Assembly (NCBI GenBank): GCA_000320545.1
Contig: ADNK01000487.1
Span: 1 to 64,000, forward strand
Length of the DNA stretch: 64,000 nt
Direction of reading: 5' to 3'
Origin: Bigelowiella natans CCMP2755
Taxonomy: Eukaryota > Protista > Cercozoa
The number at the start of each line of letters is the position of its first letter. Within the stretch, counting starts at the first letter, position 1. The notes under the pieces are model-generated. The model was not told where the DNA came from. It did not search any database and was given only the letters and a program-made list of their open reading frames with translations. Shown one piece after another: positions 1-10,639 of this stretch. Made by a program: the position numbers and the translations under genes.

Positions 1-258
1 GGAAGAATTACCCCTATACAGTTGCCGCTTAAACATAACAGGAGTAACATTAATCAGCCAGAACTCATCACATACACGCTCGAAAGCCGGTTAACTCTCA
101 AAGGTATTATTAACAATGTAATGGACCTTCATCCAATATCATAAACTCCGTCGTAATCAGATGGTGTTATTGACCCCACCTTCGAGTAGTAGCAACAACC
201 CGATTTGAAATTTAGTCGCCCCCGTGCACGAAAGCTTTAGAACAGGCAAGTGGGATTA

Positions 259-1800
259 AGGGGGGGATTGGTCACCTCCCACCCCTGAACCACATTCCTG
301 GTCACTGGTGGGGTGGACAGACTTGTCGCCCCAGCCACCGGTGACTCGGCAGCCAGATGAAGGATGCATGGATCTGCATTCAAGATTCAAAGTCACGTTC
401 GCCGATGTGATGCTGGGCGGGGGGTTTTTCGGTCACGAGGGTGGCTTTTCCCCTCATCCCTGTGCCACTTTCCTGTTCACCGGTGGGGCAGGCCACCGGC
501 GAATTGGCTGCCAAGTGAAGGATTTTCGGGTCTGCATCAAGATTCATCCCGGATGAATCCCGTCAGGATGAAGGTGTCCTTCTCAAACTTTGTGCCCTCC
601 AGGCAATGTCTCCATTGGGCCGGGGATGTTGTGGTTGGCGTGAAGCTGGTGCTTCCAATTGCAATGATTGGGGCTTTGTCTCCGCAAAAGCCGGGGATGC
701 ATCCGACAAAGCACCCGACTGTGGTCATTGCGAAGCTCGTTGTCCAAGTGGACTAGGAACGAAGAATGCATCCTCCTCCATCTTCATGCCTTCCAGTGAG
801 GGCAATGTCTCCGCAAAAGCCGGGGATGTTGTGGCAGGCATGAAGCAGACCATGAAGGTGTGGTCCACGGGATTGTTCGCTTGGGGTTCGCAGGTGTGGT
901 GTTCTTGCTTGGTGATCTCCAAGCATGAGCAAACCATCACGACAGGATTTGGGGATGCGTGGTCCTGAAGTTGGCAAACATCAGGCACTGAAGACAATGA
1001 AACTAGGAACGGAGGAGTGGCTAGAATGCCATTCTTGATTCCTCATGGTTTCACCAGTTAGACCTCACTGAAGTCAGTGCGAGGCACTGCATTTCGCACA
1101 CTGCAAATGTCTTGTCACATTTTGGAAACGTGGTTCATCATCATTGTTCATTGTTCATTGTGCCGGCGGGTTGAGTTCACATGAATGAACTCGGAACTTC
1201 GGGCCCAGCGCGCACCCGAAGGCCGACACGCAAGAACAATCTCCGCAACCCGCAACCAGTGCTGAACAACAAGTGCTGCAAACGAGTGCATGCAGTGTGT
1301 TGTGCCACCACCACCAGCTAGCTAGACCAGTCTGGCAGATGGTCTAGCAGTCGCCAGCTAGCAGCTGACTAGCTGACAATTGGCAGCTGATGAACACTCA
1401 TGCCGCCACGCTTGCAGCATGCACTGTGGAGCACCAGTGCAAGACAGAGCACACTGGCATGTCCACAGACGTTGGCGTCGTGTCAGGCACAGCATGTGCA
1501 GCGACGCACACAATCAGCACAAGTGCATGCAAGCATGCACAATGGACATGGTGAATCAGGTGCACGCATGCATCGCACATGACAGATTCCTTTTGCGTCA
1601 AACGGAAGAAGGTCTTGTAGACGTGCATCATGTGACAGCAGATCCATTTTTTGCACACATCTGAACATCATTCGGTCACGTTCTCGTGTTTCGTACAAAT
1701 TGTTGCACAGAGAGTAAATCATGCCGAATCTTCTTGCACACCTCCATGCCGGACCAGGCATTCTAGCATTTGTCGTCAATGATCACGTCATGAGCATTTC
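259..1800. mobile_element. Degenerate repeat/TE-like island lacking TpA except in CTAG, with decayed coding repeats
   Basis: 259-1616 has 9 TpA by manual count, 8 in CTAG, versus 22 TpA in 1-258. Internal ~30-bp repeats at ~601, ~671 and ~800; simple-repeat tract at 1133-1160. No TE protein domain recognised. Confidence 0.45.
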
Positions 1801-2419
1801 GGAATGACGTGCTGAAAACAAAAACAAGGCAATCATTGGAGATTATTCCACACGCAACACCTTGTAATCGCATGAGCACAAAGCTGCGACAAGTACCGAT
1901 GCAGAAGAATGCCTTGAACCTGCAGTGCGGTTTGTCAGAATTTTACTGGGCTCAAATTGCTGAGCCGTTTTCTGGTTGGATTTTTTTGCCATTGCTGTCC
2001 CATCTGTTCCTTTTCCCCCAGTAATAGCAGCGGTTTGGGTAGCAGTTGCGTTCCCGTCATGACCATCTGTAGTTTCACTCTCGAGGAGACCTCCTCTTTC
2101 CCTCACACTAGAAAAGTGAACATTTTCACCTCGGAGAATCTCTTTCTTCAGAGAGTCCCGAAAACCAGCGTGGCTACCGTTATCACTGGCACCCTTTTGC
2201 TGCGAATTCTCATACAGTTTGGTAGCTAAATTTTCCAACAGTCCTAAACCTAAAGAGATGCATGGTGACCAAAGCAGGATATGCAACTTCACGTAAAAGA
2301 GTGGGTTGGGATAACAAAAATTCTTTATTAAATTTCGTATTGTTGCTTTGTTGTCGTAGAACGTATCCATGTTCGCCGTGCTCGTAACCACCTTTTCGTG
2401 CCATATTCCAAGTCCACAT
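1550..2419 (-). CDS. Hypothetical protein, probably spliced; 3' end fades into the TpA-depleted island
   Basis: ORF 1843..2391 has plausible composition, with a putative GT..AG intron at ~1812-1860 and further open frame to ~1550. No family recognised. Confidence 0.3.
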
Positions 2420-2730
2420 CTAAAGTATAGTTAGGGTGGTGAGATGATTTTGTTGTGGGAAATTGGGGCTAGTTTGACGCACAAGGATAAAAAATTGGCC
2501 TCTTTCTTTTCCCCATATTTCAAGCTATACATGGCATGCATTCACGTGCGCGCGTGTACATACTGAAGTGGGTACAGCGATACGAATCAGCTCCAATACT
2601 AGGCTCCCAACCCAATGCTCTGAAATCTGCGTAGCGTACAGCTGTTATGGCGTGTCAATTGCTCCTCATCCTAACGCTATTGCACAACTTCTGCTAAAAA
2701 CTACTAATAGTAGTGATAGTCAGAATCACG

Positions 2731-2768
<38 letters not shown>

Positions 2769-2813
2769 AAAAAAAATAATAATGATAACAATAATACCCT
2801 TCTGTTGAACACT

Positions 2814-3017
2814 CTATGAAATGAGCCGGCCACTGCCTGAGCCACCCTTTCTCCTTGAGGTTCTTGGGAGCGGGGCAGTCCGAATCTTCACGGTGATGTT
2901 TTGTTTACAAACAAAAACAAACAAACAAACTGTGGGGCAAAAAATGATGCAGAGATGACACGCACTGAGTGGGAGATTATCATGTATATTAGCTCCACAC
3001 ATGCACGCATACGCACA

Positions 3018-3103
<86 letters not shown>

Positions 3104-3629
3104 CGCACGTACCTTCGTCCTGACGACAGAGTTCGTCCATCGGATGGTACCTCTTCTCGATCGAGAGGATGATAGTACCGACGCGGACCATTCTCCCCCT
3201 CCTCCTCCACCTCCTCCCCCTCCTCTTCATCACCATCATACTCAGGAAGAACGAGGAAATCTCGATCATTTCTGTCTCTTCCGGTGTTCATCCAGACCCC
3301 CCGGTTTTCCTGTGTTGTTGTAGTGTATATTGTGTATACAACTCTACGCAGCGATGCCGACTCGAGTCGGTTCGGTGCAAAAAGCAGTGACTTCACTCTC
3401 TTCTAAGACACATCATTCTCACTTCGTGTTGTCCGACTCATCTGAATGACATTGATACCACGGTGAAAATTATAATGCCCCCCTCCTCGTCCCCATCGCA
3501 AAACCTCCTTCTCCACCTCTTGGTGCTGTTGTTGTAGTAGTTGCTGCTGCTCCTGCTGCAGCTGCTGTGCATACTGTAACTGAGCGATGAGATGGTTGGA
3601 AACATTTGCTTCCAGAGCCTGAGCAGATA

Positions 3630-3691
<62 letters not shown>

Positions 3692-4085
3692 TTATGGCAA
3701 ACGAGCAAAAAGAAAATAGTAGATCAACGAACGGGAAGAATCACAAAAGTTGCTCTCTCTGCTGCATTCTTATTCAGCAGCCATCGTTCAGATTGGCACC
3801 TGTTTAGACTCGAGGGCTTTTGCATCTGCCGCGGCCTATCATCGAGTACGATAGGAAAATGGGGAGAAGGAGAAGGAGGAAGAGGGGGAGGAAAAGGAAC
3901 ATTTATGCTCATCACGCATGATTGTTATTTCCTGCAGTTTGTAGCTGTCGGCAAAGTATGCAATGAACAGCGCGTTATAATACTCGCAGCTACAGCGATT
4001 TAGTGATATACCTTGGCCTCTGCAAGTTGTTTCCTGTGTTCCAGCAGCGCCTCTGTTATTCGACTATGAACACACACACACATAC

Positions 4086-4138
<53 letters not shown>

Positions 4139-4510
4139 TTTCATTAATATATCTAAAACTTGTGAATATGTGCGTGTCGTGAAGCTCCCGTAAGCAGGTA
4201 ACTGATGACAGAGGACAACAGCCGAACACTCACCTTTTTGGATATTGATTATGTCGTTGTCTTCTTACAATCTACGCCTCCTTTTCCTCTCTTCCTCTCA
4301 CCTCTAACCCTATCAATATGATACCACCTGTTCGAATTCTCCACGGGTTTTTGTGTACTGCATTGGATGAAACAACAATTAACATAAATGTGTTGGCGAG
4401 AGTGCGCTCCGCCCCCCCCTCCTCCCCCCCAGTCTCTTCATGATAATATGTAATGATCGCAATCGCGATGATGATAATAATGATGATGATGATGATGATA
4501 ATAATAACGA

Positions 4511-4543
<33 letters not shown>

Positions 4544-4670
4544 CGACACCAACGAAGACCATTGTGTTCGTTCCCCATCAACTCTGGACATGTGTTGTTT
4601 TTGCCGGCGAAGAAGGATTCAGATTTACCTACACACGAGATGCACATAGAAAGAATTAATACTCTATGCA

Positions 4671-4714
<44 letters not shown>

Positions 4715-6439
4715 GAAAGATTTCATAGGACAGACACATTATTCAAATCTTTATTCACTCAGGATAAGAAGGAAAAGGGGAGACTGCTAGCGCTGATATC
4801 AACTTCAAAGCCAGCTCACGAGTGTTAAGGTGATTTGCATGTGGTCAGATTATGCACGAGTCGTCTAATAACCATCATCATCATTATCATCATTATTATC
4901 AGTGAGGATGAGCTGTGCGAGTGTACACAACAACTACTACTACTAATAATAATAATAGTAATAATAATACTGCTACTAGTGCTACCCCTCGCCACTTGGT
5001 GAAGAGATCTTTAGCCTGGTTGACACTGGGTGCACCCCCCCCCTCCTCTCCCTTCGCCTTTGATGCGGGCTGCTGCTGCTTTGCTGCTGTTGTTGTTGTT
5101 GCGACCACCGTCTCCACCGAGCCGGCAGGAGCTACCTCCACGAGAGCTGCCCCGGACTGCGAGGAGTGCGTAGAGATCCATCCGTTCTCACACCGAATTC
5201 TGGTCAAAAATTTGTTATCGCCTACTGCTGCTGCATTGGAAGGTGGGCCTTGGCTGCCACCGACGTCGCTGCTGCTGGTAGCACGAGGATTGGGTACACG
5301 GCTAACTTCCAGCACGCGCACGATGTTCCCAGCCCCCAACGCTATCGTTTTTCTGGAGTTGAGGTCCTTCAACTCACGAGCTTGGCATTTGGCGAGCACT
5401 TTGACTAGCATGCCGGGGTTGAACGACCCTCCTCCATTCGGTTGTGGCTTGCTTGTTGTCGTTGTTGGTGGTGGTGAGGACGAGGAGGGCAGCGATGAGG
5501 AAAATGATGGTGATGATAACGACGCAAACGGGTTGTTTGGGGTAGTAGTTAAGGAGGTTTTCCCGTCAGCAGCAGCAGCAGTATCCTGTGATGAAGCAGC
5601 ACCGGATGATGCTACTGGTAGTTGCACTGGTGCTGAACCCCCTGCTACTTTGGGCGCGAACGGGTTGAGAAATGTGGAGGAAGAAGGTGGTGCAGGTGGA
5701 GGAGGAGAATTCGGTGCTGAGAAGGGAGAGGCGGACGACGAGGGAAACCCCGAAGTGGTGCTGGTGCTGCTGCCTGGTGGCTCGTTGCTTGTCCCTTTTC
5801 CAGATGACGTCCCTCCAACTCCTACTCCCCCGAACACCTAACCACCATGTGTGTTGTGTAATCCGGACCAATATGATGATGCAAAAAGGTGGAAACAAAC
5901 GTGAAAATGCTAATAATACCTTCGATCCAGAGAATGGAGACGACACTGACGCAAAAGGGTTGCCTGACGTTTTGGGTAGACTATTGTTATCTGTGATGGT
6001 GGTGGTGGTGGTGGTGGTGCTGCTGCTGCTAGAAAAAGGATTGCTGCTGAATGGATTCGACGGAGCTTGTTGAGGGGACTGGAAAATTGAGGGGGCGGTT
6101 GGAGATGGTTGATGCTGTGGTGCTGAAGACGACGGTGTGGTGAATATTGACGAGGAGGCTTGCTGCTGCGTTGGAGGTGAGCCAAAAAGCGACGAAGGCG
6201 ACGGATTGTTTGACTGATGAGAGAACAATGACGATGAAGTCTGGAAGAGGCTGCTTCCCGAGCCTGAGCCAGTTCCATGCTGTTGTGGGGAGGGGGCGCC
6301 TCCAACCACAGGTGCTGATTGCCCAAAACTGTACCCACCTGTTTGTCGAAACCATCATTTTGATCATCCTCATTATCGTCGTCCTCACTCGCATCGACCC
6401 TCAGCACTATGCGAGCTGCTGCTGGTTGGCCGGACATAA

Positions 6440-6492
<53 letters not shown>

Positions 6493-6959
6493 ATTGTAAC
6501 CTGGATTGGAGCTCATGGACGATTGGGCGAACGGGTTTCCGAGGGAGGCAAACGGACTGGTAGTGGCGAAGGAAGGAGGGATGGTGAAAGTGTGATGATA
6601 TGATCTGATGGGATGACGACAGTGGTTAGATTGTCTTACTTCTGCGATGATGCTGAAAACGGGGATGACCCTCCTGGAGGAGCAGCAGCTGCCGTAGCGA
6701 ACGGATTGCCCCCACCGGGATTAGTGTTCCGCGAAAACAAGCTGAAAGACGTCGTGTTTGGTTGTTGAAGTCCGGTTTGTGAACTTGCAGCTGCCGCAAA
6801 AGGATTCGAAAACGAGGCTGGGGACGAGCTTGAAGATGCAAACGGGTTCCCGCCAGATGCGAAGCTGCTGAAGCCAGACTTCAGAGTCGTCGTTGGGTTA
6901 TTGGATGAGGAGGAGGAGCAACACATTGCGGCGATTAATACCCCAGCAGTAGCCATCAT
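2814..6959 (-). CDS. Multi-exon protein: Ser/Pro-rich N-terminus with ~10 NPF motifs, SH3-like module, Gln-rich coiled-coil C-terminal part
   Basis: Exons in ORFs 6636..7139, 5566..6309 and 4899..5837 plus a small exon at ~6500-6556 (NPFASLGNPFAQ) join in frame at GT-AG sites. SH3-like segment VKVLAKCQARE..IALGAGNIVRVLEV..RIRCENGWIS. Downstream exons (AQALEANVSNHLIAQLQYAQQLQQEQQQ) are less certain. Confidence 0.55.
3025..3099. repeat. Compound (TA)n-(GA)n microsatellite, representative of dozens of intronic SSRs
   Basis: Direct reading. Similar (TA)n, (CA)n, (GA)n, (CAT)n and (GCA)n tracts occur at e.g. 3635, 4090, 4673, 6443, 10600, 17473, 19203, 20488, 21730, 24180, 25196, 28738 and 35883. 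Confidence 0.95.
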
Positions 6960-7939
6960 GCAAGTTGATGCGACCATCAGAACTGGAGAGCGGGTACGCA
7001 TTCCGCTTCTCCGTTTGTCAAACGGGAGATAAGGGTGATAGCCCAACTCCCATCGCCTAGAGCCGAGGCATCCAAATCGCCTCCGGTGTCGCACCAAAGC
7101 TCTAAGAGGCTTGGGATCCACGCCTTCTCTACTCCACATTCTTTATTTCCCGAAATTCCAGCTGATGTCTACCACACCATGCTTGCACAAGCGCAAGCGT
7201 TTGATGAAGGGCGCACTCGTGCTATGTATGGCGGCTAATTTCTGCTTGCTTCAAAAGACAATGTTTGTGTGAATTAGTCATATTTTTTGAGATATTTTAT
7301 CATTGTTTATCGTATCTTAGTTTGCTATTTTAGTATCTCAACGCCTTCACTCAGGTTTGTTACTCAGAGAATTATCCTCTAAATACACTGGAAATTACTA
7401 AAGAATCCCTTCCCAAATGTAACTAGGCTCCTTGCCGCATCTGCGACTTGGGGTCGGCTCCGTGAGAGAAATAATTGAAGGTTCCATCCAAGGCCCCCAT
7501 TTCTAATCATGCGACAGAAGTTTTTGCTTGTGTTCGTGAAATCAAAATGTTCTCGCCAATAGTATGTCGCAATGTAAAAAAGTATTCCAACGGAGAGAAA
7601 CCGAAGAAATAAAGTTCACAATGGTCTTTGTGTCGTTTATCTAAGATTTGCCTCCATTTCTATTCCCTGCGGCATTCACCTTCACCATCTTGCGGTGGCC
7701 GCGGAGTTCGAGCGATATCAATAATTTTACCATTTTCCTTCCCATTTATCATTGTCGTTATTACAGATTAGCTGTGATTTCTGTAGATATTGTTTGAATC
7801 TGCACACTTAAACCTTAATTGCAAACATAGCCGACATAATACACTCCTCGCGCGCCCCTTCAGATCCCTCGGTCCCCTCCTCTTTGGATTCTTCGATCAA
7901 AAGAAAGGCTTATCCTCAAAATTCAATAGTACGAAAAGA

Positions 7940-9820
7940 ATGGAGCAGCACGGTGGTGGTGGATCTGGAGTGAACAGCTTGGCTCCATCTTCCGGCAATA
8001 CTGCAGAGAGCAGTACACCCGGCGAGCCGACGACGGACAAGGCCATGCCCCTTCCTGGATCAGATGGCAAAGAAAATGGTAATAATGGTGGTGGAACTGC
8101 TGTATTAGCTGATATCCGCGGTGGTGCTAAAATTGGAAATGGTGGCAATGTAGGTTCCGCTGGAAAATCAACAACAAGTGCTTCTCCGACCTCTGGTATG
8201 TCCGGTGGAATGTCCACGGGCAACGAGGCTGGTGCTGCATTTGCACCTACAGCAGCAACACCTGCGGATAATACTGGAGGATCAAACCTCATAGGTTCGA
8301 ATCCTTCCACTTCCGTCCCATCCGTCGCTGCTGCTGCCATCCCTTCCACAAGTGGTGGATCGAACAGCTTTCAGGGTCTGCCGACGACAGTTCCTCCCAA
8401 AAGTGGCGAGTCAGGAAGCACCGAGCCCCCTACTACCATGGAGGGTAAGTCAGAAGGGCAGTCCTGGCCCACGGCTTCCATCGCTTCAAAGGAAAAGTCC
8501 AGCGACAGTGGAGCTAAGCGTCCGAGAGAAAGTGGAAGCACTCCTCCAAGCCAAGATCCAAGGAACACCCTCGCAGGCTTGAAGTCCGGATCAGCAGAGG
8601 GAGGGGGAAGCAGCATGATGGCAGCAGAAGGCCGCCCCTCTGCCAAAAAAATTAAACTTGACAACGGATTGGCTGCACCTGGCGTTGAGTCGTCATCTGC
8701 CCTGGGCTCTGGAGATGTCATTGATGCGAAAGTCTTGCAACGCAATCCCAATCCTGGGCCACACGGGGTGAACCAACACACAGCTAGCCTGCATGTCGCT
8801 CACCCAGTCGGCCAGTCTAACGATAGAGAAATATAGAATTTACAATGAACCCATTGCCACCCATCTCTTTATATTATCTGTGCACGAAATGTCCTCGGTT
8901 TTGTGTGGTTCCACGCTCCTGCGACATTACTTTCATCTTTTGAATTTATTCTTTCTTTCTTTCAAAACTCAAGTATTTTCTAACCCCTCTTCCTCCTCCT
9001 ATGCTCAACCCTCAGAATGAGCCAGAAATACCCGTTGGAGCAGGCGCCATCAATCTTCTTTCCACAGGAGGGGGCTCCAAGGGTGTTGCTGCCACTGTCG
9101 TTTCGGATGCCACCGCTGGTGGGATTGTGTCACGGGGGAGAGGAGGAGGAGGACCATCACACAGTGATCAGTTTCGCACCTCCACTAGTCTTGCGAAAGG
9201 AGGAGACGCTGGAAATAAGTCTGCTGCACAGCTCCCAAGTGGCGGTCCTGCTGCTGGTTCAGCAGCGATGGCTGTTGACGACGACAACGACGACAAGAAC
9301 CATAATGACCAATATGCTGCGGCTTCCCAACAAAGCTCTGCCAGCTCCGGGAACGCGACCTCTGTTGATGGCGGTCTGAAAAACGGCAGCAGCGGCAGCA
9401 AAGCCAACAATGCCACTCGCAACAACCCAGAAACTCGGAACAGCGTGAACGTGTACAATAAAGGAGGAGGAGGAGCAGCAGCAGCACCAGGCGAAGGGCC
9501 TGGAGGAGCTGGGCGATGGCAACAGAGAGCGGCTGCTGGACCGGGGGGCAACGTCAACCGAAGCGGTAACGCTGGGCCTTCTTCTGCTGCCCCTGGCTCT
9601 GGGGGGGGCAGAGGTGTCGGTGGAAGGTCCTCATCTTCACCTTATGTTGAACCATCTGGCCATGGACGCAATCTGAGGTCATCTTCAGGAGGAGGCGGGC
9701 GCCAGCAGCAGAACAACACTGCAGCAGCGAACGCCTTGTACCAAAGAACAAGGGAAGCTGGGGGGAGGAGAGCTCTCATGTCAACAGAGCCTGTTTCCAC
9801 GGCCGCAGGGCCACAGACAA

Positions 9821-9851
<31 letters not shown>

Positions 9852-10600
9852 GCAGCAGCAGCGCCATTGGCCATCACAAATTGAATCCTCCTGAGTGTTA
9901 CCTTGACCTACCTTGATTCTGCTGCTGCCTTCAAAATCATACGATGGTTAAGTGGGATAATGGTAGCCACCACACACTAAATGCGCAACTTTTCGTCGTC
10001 GTCGTCGTCTTTGTCAGGTCACGTGTCATTCGAGAGCTGGATACAGACCCTCCCAGCGGGGCTCTCCTCTACGCTCCGGGAGGTTCCATTCCGAGTCTAT
10101 CTGTGTACCTGCATCGACTGCTGGAGGTTGCTCCTCCTCCTCCTCCTCCTCCTCCTCCTCCTTCTCCTTTCCCCCCCTTGTTATTATCTCCGTTCTTAAG
10201 TTGCTTTGTTTTCTGTCCCCAGATTCGAATCCCTGCTACCAACTTGACGAGAAATTCATACGAAATTGCAAAGCGAAGGCTGTGGGGAGAGTAAGTCGCC
10301 ATTTGGGTTACAGTCGTTCTTCTTCTCTTCGGCTAACTTTTTGTGGTGGTGGTGGTGGTGGCTTCATTAATTACATATCAGTGGAATCTACACGTCTGAC
10401 TCGGACATCGTGGCGATCCTCTTGCATACGGGCAAGTTTCCAGTGCGTCAAGCGAGCCCAAAGGGTAGAAACAATCGCTTTTAGATACTGACATTACTCG
10501 CCTTCCTCTCGCGTGCAACGAGTCTTTTATTGACCTCTACCTCGACAAGTGTCCGCCCGGCCCCCTCTCTCTATGTGTTAGAGTGTGCGTTTGTGTGAGT

Positions 10601-10639
<39 letters not shown>

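Noticed and set aside
1166-1253. tRNA gene
   Set aside because: Stems are present but there is no T-loop GTTCRA or D-loop consensus and the arm geometry is wrong.
259-1616. CpG methylation/deamination or fungal-type RIP as the cause of TG/CA excess
   Set aside because: CpG is plentiful (e.g. CAGCGCGCACCCGAAGGCCGACACG). The missing dinucleotide is TpA, which C-to-T processes would increase, not remove.
308-1779. Many overlapping 60-130 aa ORFs here and at 22509-23334 and 61229-62487
   Set aside because: Loss of TpA removes TAA/TAG stops, so frames stay open by default; the His/Cys/Met-rich translations match no family.
2814-3396. ORFs with YIYIYI, SLSLSL, CVCVCV or poly-M/H tracts throughout 2.5-30 kb
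   Set aside because: They are translations of intronic microsatellites.
4915-5841. 308-aa plus-strand ORF (and similar antisense ORFs over RXT3 and the RNF213-like gene)
   Set aside because: Antisense shadows of GC-rich coding exons on the opposite strand.
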